Of a stretch of DNA of 64,000 bases, positions 11,759 through 24,700 are shown one piece after another. Location of the stretch: the NCBI GenBank assembly GCA_002104905.1, contig MCFE01000049.1, forward strand, positions 124,001 to 188,000, written 5' to 3'. This DNA comes from Basidiobolus meristosporus CBS 931.73. Lineage: Eukaryota > Fungi > Basidiobolomycota. The position numbers and the translations under genes were made by a program. Within the stretch, counting starts at the first letter, position 1. Each line of letters begins with the position of its first letter. The notes under the pieces were generated by a model. The model was given only the letters and a program-made list of their open reading frames with translations. It ran no database searches and was not told the origin of the DNA.

Positions 11759-12489
11759 GACTTGTTCTGTTGGACAGTGCCACATTGAGCCGTGAGTGCC
11801 AAATGATGCCATAGTGTGCCTGAGAGGCCAAGTGAGCATACACTTGGGCACAGAGTGTGAAACATGGATCTGCATCTTCATATAAAGCATCCCCTGTGTT
11901 TCACCTATGATGCAGGAGAAAATCCATTTTTTGACGTTTTTTTGTGGATCAATATTGTGCAGGATGTGCAAGAGCACTAAAGGATTGAAGACATGTGCCT
12001 GGTACTCAATACGCATGGCACTCTGAATCAAGCTCCTGTGGCTTGTAACATGTTGCAAAAATGCATGGCACTATCTTGGTCCACTGGTACTATCCCGCAC
12101 TATATTTAAATATTAGCCCTAAAGTAAGATCAATACAAAGCACTTATAGTGCCTGATAGTACCAGTGGACCAAGATAGTGCCATGCATTTTTGTGGCATG
12201 TTACAAGCCACAGGAGCTAGATTCCGAGTGCCATGGATATTGAGTACTAGATGCATATCTTTAATTCTTTAGTGCTCTTACACACCCTGTACAACATTGA
12301 CCTAAAAAAAAGGTCAAAAAATGGATTTTCTCCATCACAATGAGTGAAACACAGGGGCTGCTTTGCATGAAGATGCAGATCTATGTTTCACACTCTGTGC
12401 CCAAGTGTAGGCTCACTTGGCTTCTCAGGCACACCATGGCATCATTTGGCACTCATGGCTCAATGTGACACTATCCAACGGAACAAGTC
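11759..12489. mobile_element. Foldback / large MITE-like element: ~346-bp inverted arms, ~40-bp spacer, 5-bp TSD TGGTA
   Basis: TGGTA|GACTTGTTC...GAACAAGTC|TGGTA. Positions 11759-12104 are the reverse complement of 12145-12489 along their whole length with scattered transitions. No coding capacity. Confidence 0.9.
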
Positions 12490-14233
12490 TGGTATTTTAT
12501 CACCTTTTGTGTGATGATTGGAGGCTGTGATGGTTACACCTCTTCAATCCTCACACTATAACTATATGCCTTGGTTTCATTGGTGATATTATACAGTGGG
12601 ATGCTCTTGGTATCCCACCTGAGTTCAGATGCACTGTTGAGTATGTCCATCTTATGTTAGATAAGCCAATTCTTGCCAATAAGTAGGTTGTTGGCTGCAA
12701 TGGGTAGGACCAAAACATCTTGATGTATACTCAGGTTACCTAGCCGGATAAGGCAATTGGGTACAACTCCTACTGTTGTGTCGAGTTGGTCATTTACTGG
12801 CCATACCCAAATGGTGTCATTTGGGACTATGTATAATTTTAGAAGTTTGGTTAATGACTCTGACATGAGCAACATAGAGGATCCTGTGTCTATGAGTGCA
12901 TGAATCTCCTTATTCTCTATATGTACCTTTATGTATGTACCCTTGTTTGGCTTTTGTAGGACTGTCTGGTTGACATAAAGGGTTGTTATCTCCTTCAATC
13001 CTTCTAACAATTCTTTGACTAGAGCCAGGGTAAGTCCCAGCAAATTGGTTTTTGGGCAGGTTACCTTGGTTTGCTGTAGTACCTTCATTATAGGGGATAG
13101 GCCATGGGAGGAAATACTAGCATTCCTAGTTTGCTTCAATACTTCTTCCCAAGGTTCATTCTGTACTTCATCACTCACCTCCATGTTCTTTCCCTTTGAC
13201 AGAACTTCTACTATGGGCTCCTTTGCCTCCCCTCTAGATGCATCATTTCAACACTTCTTCTTCCATACTTTGACTGCTCTGACTGGAGGGCTTAAATTGA
13301 ATGAGTCCTGTTGGCCCCCTGGCAAGAGACTCTGTCTTTTGACGCCTTCTTCTCCTTTGTTTCTAGTACAGGTTCTTGTCAATACTGTTTTCACATATTT
13401 TGGCTCTGTGGCCTACTTCTCTGCATACAAAACCTGGATACAGTTGTTGTGGTTATTTCATCTGTTGGGTCAGGGCTTGTACCTGGGCCTTTATATCTAT
13501 AATAGCTTCCCAGAGCTTATTGCCTTCTTTGGGGATGTCTTGCCACACTTAATCAAGAGTTTTTGGACCTTTTGTTGTATTTCCTCTAACTCACAGTCTT
13601 TTGAGGAGGCAATTTCTTGTTTTTTATAGGGGATCCCTGTTCTTTGATCATCCATATCACTACAGGGTAGCCCAATAGCAAGATGACCCCTCTTACTTGT
13701 TTGACTAACTCTTGCAGTGTTTTATATCCCTGTAGCTCTTTTGATGCCCTATGTTTTATTTTGTTGTCTAAGCCCATGATGTATTACCTCATGAGCTGCT
13801 GTTTGGCAATTTTGTCCCTTGGGTGACATTAAACCTGTTGCAGAAATAGCTCAATGTAGGCTTTGTAGCTCTCACTGCATTTTTTGCAAGGACAGTAGAA
13901 GGGCTTCATAGTGGTACCCTTCAGCATACATAAAGCATGTCTTGTAGGTTTCTTTCAGTGCATCCCAGTCACCTTTAAATGTGTCTTCAAACCCATAATG
14001 CCATCAACATGCTGATCCTTCCATATGTTGTGCAAACTCTCTTACTTTCTTATTGTCATCCCATCCTGTATCAACCATAACTCTCTCAGACTTATCAAAC
14101 CACTCAAGGGCCTTCTCTCTGTTCCCTTTGTTTACTCTCAGTTTGTTGTAGTAGTCATTACCTCACTTGTGCTTATTTCTACAGAGACAGCACCAAATCT
14201 GTGGGTGATTACTGACTGCTTGGTAGTTGGGGG

Positions 14234-14582
14234 TGTTGAAAGAGTCTTGGAGATATTGGAAGTGATTTGGAGAACAAGTAGATTATGTGGTTTTCACTTA
14301 ATGATTTATTGAATGTAAATGTAGTATTTATACTTTTACCTGGTCTTGGCATTACAAACACGTAGAATAGGTTAAGGAAGGTCCCAAGAGCATGTGTGCA
14401 AAGTTTGGGGCTGTTTGGACAACTTTGAGAATTCTCATGTTCTGGGTACCTGGTATTTTGGTGAAAATATTCTAAGTAAATCCCAACAAGGAATTTGGTC
14501 AATATTCTCTAGGATTTGAAGGTGATGATCTAAGTGACTAAGTTAGGTGAATATTTAGGTGGAAATACAAATTTTTACAACA
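14234..14582 (-). mobile_element. Copia solo LTR (349 bp), TSD GGGGG
   Basis: GGGGG|TGTTG...CAACA|GGGGG. Reverse complement of 17020-17368. Confidence 0.95.
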
Positions 14583-14785
14583 GGGGGAGCTTGTAGGTCA
14601 AGTTAGTACCACTTTGTTCAGAATAGCTTCCAATAGAAGGTAGCCAGGTAATAAAGAGTTAAGTATATTACATTGATATTTGTCTACTTTAACTTGTCTC
14701 AGTTGGATATATATATATATATATATATATCACGGACAAGGGCTTAGGTGATAGCCAATGTGATATAAGATAGGGGTGTAAACAC

Positions 14786-15172
14786 TGTGGGTTATTACTG
14801 ACTGTACTTGGTGAGTGGGAGAGCTGGTAGGTCAAGTCAGTACCACTTGGTTCAGAATAGCTTCCGATAGAAGGTAGCAAGGTAATAAAGACTTCTGTTT
14901 ATTTCATCCAAATCTTGTTGTTCTTCCTGGTTCAATTGGGTAGATATATATATCACTTGGAGGGGCTTAGACAATAGACAATGTGTTATAAAATAGGGGT
15001 GTGAACACCTTCCTGTTATGGTAAGTGTTCTAACTAGATAAGGGCAGGGATAGGAGGGGAGGACGCGTGGGGGAATCATAGGGAGGGTACTGGAGGACTT
15101 TGGGTAGGACTCTGGAGGGAACTCTTGGGAGAACTCTTGGGCAAAGAGTGGGTACTACATTGAGTACTCACA
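14786..15172 (-). mobile_element. Family X solo LTR inserted into an LTR of its own family, TSD AACAC
   Basis: AACAC|TGTGGG...CTCACA|AACAC. Confidence 0.92.
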
Positions 15173-15484
15173 AACACCTCCTGTTATGGTAAGTGTTCTA
15201 ACTAGGTAAGGACAGGAATAGGAAGAAGGATATATGAGGGACTTGTAGGGAGGATACTGGGGAGACTTTGGGTGAGACTCTGGGGGAACTCTTGCACAAA
15301 GAGTGGGCATTACATTTAGTACTCACAAATAGCACTACCAACAGCTACCAAAGAATATTTGGTCAACAGCTTGCTTTACATTCAGTGCAACAAGCATGGC
15401 TACATCCAAAAAAAGCCATGTTGACAGTGTGCCCACTCAGTCAAATCAATTAGTTTTATATGAAGCCCATCACTATATCCGTCT

Positions 15485-15745
15485 TATCTATCAAATCAGT
15501 AGTATTAGTCAGCAGATGAACCAGCAAACCCTTGTCAGACAAAAAAAGATATGTTAAGTAGGATCTAATTGGGTAATGATGATGGTATCAAATGAGTCAT
15601 CAGCCATATCCAACATTAGGAAATACAAGTAGTCATCTACAGATCTGACGCAATGTATAAAACAAGCTGCTAAAATGTCAAGAAAGGTTGGCTCAAGTTC
15701 CAGTGAATACAATACAAGCTACACTTCCTATTTCCTCTGCTAATA
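15485..15745 (+). repeat. Degenerate family V LTR remnant
   Basis: Aligns to ~1230-1490 (AAATCAGTAG.ATTAGTCAGCA; ATCAAATGAGTCATCAGCCA; CAGTGAATACAATAC). Confidence 0.75.
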
Positions 15746-17019
15746 TGGACTTCTCAGGCTCTCAGCTCAGTATGCAACTCAGAATCTATGTGGAGCCATA
15801 TGCAGATCATCCCTATGAAAAATAATTTGATCCTAGAGGTTGATCTGATCTGGATCAGCTGTCAAGATCCTGATTAGAGACCATCATAATAACAGCAGCT
15901 TGGAATTAGCGACCCTCCTAACAATCTTATGATGGGATCACATCTGTGTTTTGCTAATTTTACAACCAAATAAAGGGATGAAACTTAACAATATTTATTG
16001 GTGCTGTGACAATATTTGCATAGTTGTTGCAGTCTTTCATTGCTCCATAACTATTTTAAGTGGATCCAGTTGGCCAGGATATCCAATTCCCTTATATGGC
16101 AAGAAACTTGATGGTTTTTTGACAGCCTCACAGCAAACCTCTGATGGCATTATATTGGCAGTATGACAGCCTACTGCTAGTTCTGTATGATGCTACCGTA
16201 CCAATTTACCAAATGGTATTTCCTTTTTCTACCTCCCCTTGTGCATTTCATATATTCCACTGTAGAATAACCACTCTTTATTTGCTTACTCACTACTACC
16301 TTGGATATTACACATATAGCTTGAATCAAAAAAAACTATGGACTCCTGCTTACTAACCTCCACAAACAAGCACACCTGCTGCAATTGACATGCTTCTATC
16401 ACCTCAGCTTTAGGGCTTTTTAGTGTGATACTTGCAAAGTTGCCATACACCTTGTATTGCTGGTAACATATACATCTTGTAAACACAAGCTTAGTTGTTG
16501 CCACTTCTGCCATAGATACCTCCTGAATATCCGCAAGGAACTTCTTAGTATTTAGCCAATATATTCCTTCTCCCAGCTGGATTCCAGTCCCCTTATAGGT
16601 GTGCTCTGGCTTTTGTTTGTGTGAATTCTGTATTGAATGGTGTAGAAGTTGGTTTGCAACCTTGAGAAATCTGGCATATCTTGGTAGAGTTTTTCTGATA
16701 AAAGTTAGTTGCTTGTTGCACCCTACCCAACTTTGCATTACTTAACTGATTACCCACACATTGGGGCTGCTTAACTTCTTAATGCCATAGGCATAGGTGT
16801 CTCCATGTGGAGATTTGTCCTCAGTATTTTCCAACTCTTTCTGGCTGTCCTCCATGTGCAAACTCATCACATCCACTACAGACTTGAAGGTAGTATTCTT
16901 GATGAGACTGGGATATGGTAGTACCTGCAACTTGACTTGTCTTCCTATCTCCCCACACATCTGCTCAATAGGAAACTCCCAAAAGGTGAAGCAAGGCCCA
17001 ATATTGTCCACACACCATT

Positions 17020-20000
17020 TGTTGTAAAAATTTGTATTTCCACCTAAATATTCACCTAACTTAGTTACTTAGATCATTACCTTCAAATCCTAGAGAATAC
17101 TGACCAAATTCCTTGTTGGGATTTACTTAGAATATTTTCACCAAAATACCAGGTACCCAGAACATGAAAATTCTCAAAGTTGTCCAAACAGCCCCAAACT
17201 TTGCACACATGTTCTTGGGACCTTCCTAAACCTATTCTATGTGTTTGTAATGCCAAGACCCGGTAAAAGTATAAATACTACTTTTACATTCAATAAATCA
17301 TCAAGTGAAAACCACATAATCTACTTGTTCTCCCAATCACTTCTAATATCTCCAAGACTCTTACAACAGGCTATGAGCCCAAAGCTGTCACTCTCTGTAA
17401 TGTCTACTACTGCTATTACTGGAATTTTTCCCTCCGCTGAAAAGTTGGATGGATCTAACTACCAAGTGTGGAAGGTGAAGATGAAGATGCTGCTACAAGA
17501 AAGAGGCCTTTGGGATATTGTCATGAGAGAAGAATGCCCTACTAAAAACATGGGAGAGGAAGCCTTAAAGTACCAGATGAAAGAACAAAGTGCCTTTAAC
17601 TGTGTTTGCCTTAATGTCAAGGACAAATTGCTAATTCAATGCTCAAGAGCAAAAACAGCAAAGAATGCCTGGAAAGCATTAGAAGACACCTACCAGTCAT
17701 GTTCAGCTGCCAAGAAAATGTATCTGAGACAAAAATTCTTTACCACAAAGATGCTGCCAGGAGAAGAAATGAAAAATCTAATTTACAGAATTACCCTGCT
17801 GGTAGATGAGATGGAATCTGTGGGTGTACCAACTACTGATGAGGATGTGATAGTTACCGTCCAGAGAAACCTAACAGACAAGCTGCAGGGCCTTGTATCA
17901 GCCCTAGAGTCCAGAACTGAAGATTTGACCTTAATTATGTATATGGAAGGCTCCTGGATGAAGAATTAAGAAAATCAAGCGCTAATAAGAAGGAAGAAGA
18001 AAATGCTTTAATAAGCAATGATAACCAACAAAGGAGGTACCAAAGAACCTACAAAGGCAATAGCAACCTGTTTTGTAACTACTGAAAAGGAAAGGACACA
18101 CAGCAGACCGGTGTCTCAACCTGAAAGATAATCAGCAAAAGAAGCCTGAATATGGAAATGCTGCAACAACTGAAGATAGACTATTCATATCTGCACTAAA
18201 TATGACCACAAACAAGGATTCTCAGACGTGGTATACTGACCCTGGAGCATCTCAACACTTTACACACCAAAAAGAACTTTGTACCCAATATCAAGAAATT
18301 CCAATTAAGAAGGTTTTCATGGGTGACAATAGAACACTTGATGCAGTGGGAGAAGGAACTATCCAAGTAAACCTTAGAAGCAGTGAAGGAAGCCAGACAC
18401 TGACCTTTAAAGAAGTACTCTATGTACCAGAAATAGCCAAGAACCTACTCTCTGTAAGCAAGGCCACAGCAGAAAGACTCAGTTTCAGTTTTGACAATTC
18501 TGGATGTAGGATCACTGATCAAAATGGTGCCCATATTGCTATGGGTATCAGATATCAGAATCTAAACAAGTTGACTTACATTCCATCATATCTAGAAGCC
18601 AATATAGGTAACTTAAATGAAGAAACACCAATGCTTTGGCACAGAAGACTTGGGCACATCAATCTTGATTATTTGCGCAAAATGATCAAAGATCAGCTAA
18701 TTTCTGGAGTGAAAATTGATCCCCCAGCTAATTTGGAGCACTGTGAAGCCTGCATATATGGGAAACAAGTCAGACAATTGTTCAAGAGCTCTGGGTTAAT
18801 CAAAACTAAGAAAAAATTAGATCTAATTCACTCAGATCTGTGTGGACCTATGCAAAATTTATCCTTAGGCGGGATGAAGTAATTAATCACTTTTATTGCT
18901 GATTATACAAGATACACATGGGTCTACTTCATGGAGAGAAAGAAGGAAGCTCTGTCTAAGTTCAGGGAGCTTAAAGCCATGGTGGAGAGAGAAACTGGTG
19001 AAAAAATCAAGAAAATACGCTCTGACAATGGTAGAGAATATACCTCAAAACTCTTCATCCACTTCTGCAAAATTCATGGGATAAAGCAAGAGACTACTGT
19101 ACCATACTCCCCACAACAAAATGGAGTAGCAGAATGCGCTAACAGATCAATAATTGATATGGCAAGATCTATGATCCATGATCAAAAATTATCCTACAAT
19201 TTTTGGGCGGAATCCATTGCCACTGCGGTATATCTTGAAAATAGGAGTTATAACAGAATACTTTGTGATTCTACTTCATTTAGAGCATGGTATGGATGCA
19301 GACCAAGTGCAGAACATTGAAGAATATTTAGGTGTACAGCATACGCCAAAAAACTGGCCGGAAATCAGTCAAAATTTGAGCCAAAAAGTGTAAAATGCAT
19401 ATTTTTGGGCTACTGAAATGAGAGTAAGGCATACAGACTCTACAATACCAAAGCAAAGAAGCTGATCAAGTCCAGGGATGTGTTGTTTGATGAAAATTCA
19501 AAATTTTTACAAAAAATGACATCAATTGATGACAAAAATTTGATCTCAAGTCCACCAATTGTCAGGATTGAATCAGAGCAAAACAATGAAAATTTTTTCA
19601 CTCTAGAGGACTCTACAACCGTGGTTCAGCCAGAATCAATGCCCAGGAATATCCCAGAAGTGATCATTCCAGTATCAAATGCCTGGAGATCCAATCGGAC
19701 AAGAAATAGCCCAAATTACTATATCAATGTGGGTACAAGCTTAGCCTATGCCTATTCAGTCCATATTGATGAGCCCCAGACTGTAAGAGAGGCCCTAAAT
19801 AGCCCTTAGACAAAGTTTTGGAGATCTGCAATGACTGAGGAATATCAGGCCCTGATGGAAAATCAAACTTGGGACTTAGTCAAATTACCAATCAACCAAA
19901 AATCAATTGGATGCAGATGGGTCTTCAAGACAAAATACAAGGCTGATGGTACAATTGAAAGATACAAAGCAAGACTTGTAGCCAAAGGATACTCTCAAAC

Positions 20001-21701
20001 AAAAGGACCTGACTATACTGAGACCTTTGCACTGGTAGCCAAGTTTAATTCCATCAGGTTAATAATGGCTATTGCCGCCAAATGTAAGTTTTTTATTCAT
20101 CAAATGGATGTAAAACTGCATTTTTGAGTGGAGAACTTGCTGAGAACATGTATATGGACCAGCCTGATGGGTTTGTTGAACAAGATAGCCCCCATTTGGT
20201 CTGCAAGCTTAAAAAGTTGCTATATGGTCTCAAACAATCACCAAGAGCCTGGAATTGCAAGATAGATTCTTGTTAGGAATCTTGGAGTTTCAAAAGGAGT
20301 AATGCTGACTATAGTATATACTATAAGCCAGATAGAGCAAATCCAGTTCTATTAGCTCTATATGTGGATGATCTTATTATAGCCACCAATAACCTAGAAA
20401 CATTGGAAGAGACTAAATCCAGCCTATCTAAGGAGTTCAAGATGTCCGATCTAGGAGAACTTAATTACTACTTAGGGATTAGCTTCTCTATAGACAGAAG
20501 TACCCAGACTATCACCCTAAACCAATCCAAGTATATTCAAGATATACTAAAGAAGTACCAAATGGAAGACTGTAAACCGGCAGCTACCCCAATGGAAACA
20601 AACCTTAACTTGGTCAAAACTCAACCAAATCAAGAGAGCTTGGTGCCATCTGAAAGCCCTGACTTTCCTTATCAATCTATGGCTGGAAGTCTAATGTACA
20701 TTATGCTTGGAACACGTCCAGATATCTCATATTCAGTGGGAGTTGTCAGCCAACATAATCAGAACTATGGATCTGATCATATTGCAGCAGTTAAGTGGAT
20801 TTTTAGATACCTACAAGGAACTGCTGATATCTGCTTAAGATACACTCATGAGGATTCAGAACAGGATCTTGTGGGATACTCTGATGCTGATTGGGGACAA
20901 AATCTGGAAGACAGAAGATCCACCACAGGATACACCTTTCTTTACTGTAAAGGAGCAATTTCATGGAATTCAAGAAAGCAACCAACTGTAGCACTTTCCA
21001 CCACAGAGGCAGAGTATATGGCAGCCTGTGAAGCTACAAAAGAAGCAATGTGGTTAAGAAAACTCCTTACAGATTTAGGCCTATGTCAAAAAATGCCTAT
21101 TACTTTATTTCAAGATAATCAAGGATGTATACAATTAGGTAGAAATCCAACTTTTCATGCTAGAACCAAGCACATAAATATTGGACATCATTTCATATGT
21201 GAAGCTATAGAGAATAACTTAGTTAGCTTATTTTACTGTCCCACAGATGAAATGATTGCAGACATATTTACCAAACCATGAGCTAGAGACAAGTTTGAAT
21301 ATCTTAGGTCAAAATTAGGACTAGTCAGTATGAACATTTAGCTGAGTGGGAGTGTTGCAAAAATTTGTATTTCCACCTAAATATTCACCTGACTTAGTCA
21401 CTTAGATCATTACCTTCAAATCCTAGAGAATACTGACCAAATTCCTTGTTGGGATTTACTTAGAATATTTTCACCAAAACACCAGGTACCCAGAACATGG
21501 AAATTCTCAATGTTGTCCAAACAGCCCCAAACTTTGCACACATGTTCATGGGACCTTCCTTAACCTATTCTATGTGTTTGTAATGCCAAGACCAGGTAAA
21601 AGTATAAATACTACTTTTACATTCAATAAATCATTAAGTGAAAACCACATAATCTACTTGTTCTCCCAATCACTTCCAATATCTCCAAGACTCTTACAAC
21701 A
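17020..21701 (+). mobile_element. Full-length, mildly decayed Ty1/Copia retrotransposon
   Basis: 349-bp LTRs (17020-17368, 21353-21701; about 11 mismatches by eye), PBS GGCTATGAGCCC, gag (LDGSNYQVWKVKM), protease (WYTDPGASQH), GAG-pre-integrase (WHRRLGH), rve (SDNGREY), RVT_2 RT, RNase H (GYSDADWG...KHINIGHHF), PPT GCTGAGTGGGAG. Several stops and frameshifts. Confidence 0.97.
17369..17380 (+). promoter_or_regulatory. Copia primer-binding site of the half-tRNA-iMet type
   Basis: GGCTATGAGCCC directly after the LTR. The copy at 34914-34925 (-) reads GGTTATGAGCCC, complementary to the iMet anticodon arm GGGCUCAUAACC. Confidence 0.85.
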
Positions 21702-21705
21702 CCAT

Positions 21706-24700
21706 TGTGGTAGGGTAAACATACCTCCCACAGACAAGTTTATTCATATAGCCATTATGACATACTTATCCATATCTTATAATCAGTATTATCCCATTCT
21801 TCTTTTATCCATATTATCAGTATTATCCCCATATGATGTTTACCCTGATTAGGTATTAGCATTTGTTATCCCAGATGTTATTTATCTTTGTGATCAGTAT
21901 ATATATCTACATAAGGCTAGTACCCGCATCAGTACTCATGGCATGTGATCTAGGTCTGTGTTACCATCCCAACCATTTCAATACCATATATAGTATTTCT
22001 ATGTTGCGCAGGTTCCAGACTACCAATCCCTGATTGGTTGGATGTGCTGTGTCTTTTAGAACCTTCCAGGATATTCTTGGCATATTTTTAGCATGTAGTG
22101 ATATCATCAAGAATTCCACTGATGCCTATAATCTTCTAGAACCTTGTCATTAGTAATCACTTGACAATCAGGAAAAGTATTCAAGGGAAAGAAATCCCTT
22201 GTCAATAAATCATCCCTTCTATCAATAACACTTCTCCCTTATTGCTTAGCAGTTGATCACTGCACCTGCCTTCAACAGTACATCTCAGACCTGCCATCAA
22301 GGAGCTTTTCAGGGAGGTGCACAAGACACACAGAGGCCTTTGGAGACGCTTGGAGCACCTAGGAAGCTAGAGAAGCAGGAGGCTTTACCATAGTGACATA
22401 TTGACAAAGACACCAGCAGTTTAGACACAGAGGTTATTGCACCCATTAGACACCTCACACACTGAGTTGTGTAGCTTCTCCCAGGAGTACCTCTACACCA
22501 CCACATATTTGGCACCCAATGTGGGGGGTTTGACTGAACTGTCCCTAGAAGACTGAAGAAAGAACAAATTATCAAGACCATGGATCTACCTTTACCAGGA
22601 ATGCAAGGAACCCCTTTCTTTGATGGGACCAAAGTTAAAGCTTTCATCAAGAGGTGGGAGCTTTTCTGCAGAGCCCATAAAATACCCAAGTTCATTATGG
22701 CTGAAGAGATACCCTCTTACAGCACTGATGAAATCATGCTCTCATTGTATGAAAGAAATGATCTGCTGACAAATTGGACCCTCTTGAAGAGCTACTTGAT
22801 GATGAATATGCAGAGATACAAGTTGACTACACACTTGAAGATTTGGAGAACTTTGCTTATAGTAAGTTTAAGCTGCTACTATTGAAAGAATACTTGAGTG
22901 ACCTTGTGCAAATTGGAGAGTCACTGAAAGCCCAAGGAGTTATCACTGATCTCACTTTATCTGCCTATCTTCTCAGAGCACTACTAGAAGTCCTGGTGAG
23001 AGGGATTGAAAACAATCCTACTGTGAAAGCTATGAGTTAACTGCCTGCATTTCAGTTAGCTAAGCAGATTCTACTTACCCCTGAAGAAACCTCACCAATG
23101 AGAAAGCTTCTTTCAGGCCCAGCAAAAAACTAAGATAGCCAAAACTTACTTAATCCCAGTAAGCAAAATACTCAAGTTCAGGAGCTGACACAGTAACTAG
23201 AGAAACTTTCTTTGCTACTGGCCAGCCAAGCATATGGACAGAAGCAAGTAGAGAAAGAAGTCAAATATACATGTATATGGTGTGACTCTGCCAACCATTC
23301 CAAGAGTAATTGCCAAGAGCTTCAGTCATTGCCATCCACAGGTGATGTACTATATAGTCCTCAGGGATATATAGTCAGGAAGCATGGTGACAATTTATCC
23401 ACAGCATTTGGACAAGGAGGAATGAGAGTTCACTACAAGAAAGTCACCTCTCATACAATAAAGGTGCACCTCCATGAAGAAGAAGATCCTGACTACTCTG
23501 ATCCAGCTGACGTTCTGAACTTTGACTATGAGGACCCCAGAGAGGCCCAAGATTATATAGCTTCAACTTATGCTTCAAAGAGACACCATCCTGAAAAAAT
23601 GGCTAATCCAGGCCTAGCAACAAAAGTACCAAAATGTGAGCCAGAAGTTGTGATTGAGAAGAAAGCATCACCCCCATGAATTTTACAGGAGTCTGCCAAG
23701 GCCAACAGCTACCACATGCAGCCTAGAACCAAGCAAAATGGTACCCCAGAGGCTCTAACAAGTCATATACTAGGAAGCAACATATCAATGAAGGTTTAAG
23801 AATTACTCAGTGCATCACCCTCTGTAAGAAAGACTCTGGATGAGCACATCAGAATAAGAAAGCATCCAATTGAAGCAACCCAAGGCAACCAGGTCTGGAC
23901 AGTTCAAGCAAGCCAAGATATCAGTAAGCTGCATCTAAGCCAGAAACACTACTGCTCAGAGGCAACTGCAACAACTACTGGAACTGTGCATAATCAAGAA
24001 ATCCTATGTCATATAGACAGTGGATCTGAGATATGTGTGATGTCTTTGGAGGCTTGGAACCAACTACCATGCAAAGACCTATTGCCTATGAACACCAATA
24101 TCAGTTGGAGTATGATGGATGCCAACTCAGGGCAATCAAAGCTTTTAGGAATTATTCACAGCTTCCCTCTCATCATTGAATGAATACCCCATGAGATCCC
24201 AGTCTTCATTTGTGCAAAGGCTAACTTTGAATTACTTCTTGGAAGACCACGGGAGGTGAAAGCAAGAGCAACTGCAGTGAACTACCCAGATGGCTCAGCA
24301 ATCTTATACTATATACTCAGAGAGCCCAGGACTAGCAGCAAGCTTCTGTGGTGTGGACTCAAACAATATCCAATCCATGACATCATGTAGATTTCTATTC
24401 CAAGAAAAGACAGGTGGCTTCATTGAGGATGGCTGAGAGTGCACTTTGCTCTCCATACTTACAGTGGTTAGCTAAAAGGTTTTAGGGAGCTTTTTAGCTC
24501 AAGTGGGGGTGGATGTGGTAGGGTAAACATACCTCCCACAGACAAGTTTATTCATATAGCCATTATGATATACTATCCATATTTTATCTTATCAATATTA
24601 TCCCATTCTTCTTTTACCTGTATTATTAGTATTATCCTCATATGATGTTTACCCTAATTAGATATTAGCATTAGTTATCCTATATGTTATTTATCTTTGT

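Larger units (their letters stand above)
4625..15327 (-). mobile_element. Full-length degenerate Ty3/Gypsy element (LTR family X) carrying five nested insertions
   Basis: 5' LTR 14200-15327, PBS TGGTGCTGTC (14195 downward), gag (13586-14190), protease (ALIDTGSS, 12657-13184), RT (10195-10947), RNase H, integrase (6904-7800), 3' LTR 4625-5026. Flanks AGTAT/AATAG match imperfectly, but removing the element plus 5 bp restores spacing relative to the homolog at 28310-28380. Confidence 0.85.
14200..15327 (-). repeat. 5' LTR, family X, split by two solo-LTR insertions
   Basis: Pieces 14200-14233, 14583-14785 and 15173-15327 rejoin to a ~382-bp LTR colinear with 4625-5026. Confidence 0.85.

Noticed and set aside
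13015-13629. 204-aa plus-strand ORF
   Set aside because: Antisense shadow of the Gypsy gag; no recognisable domain.
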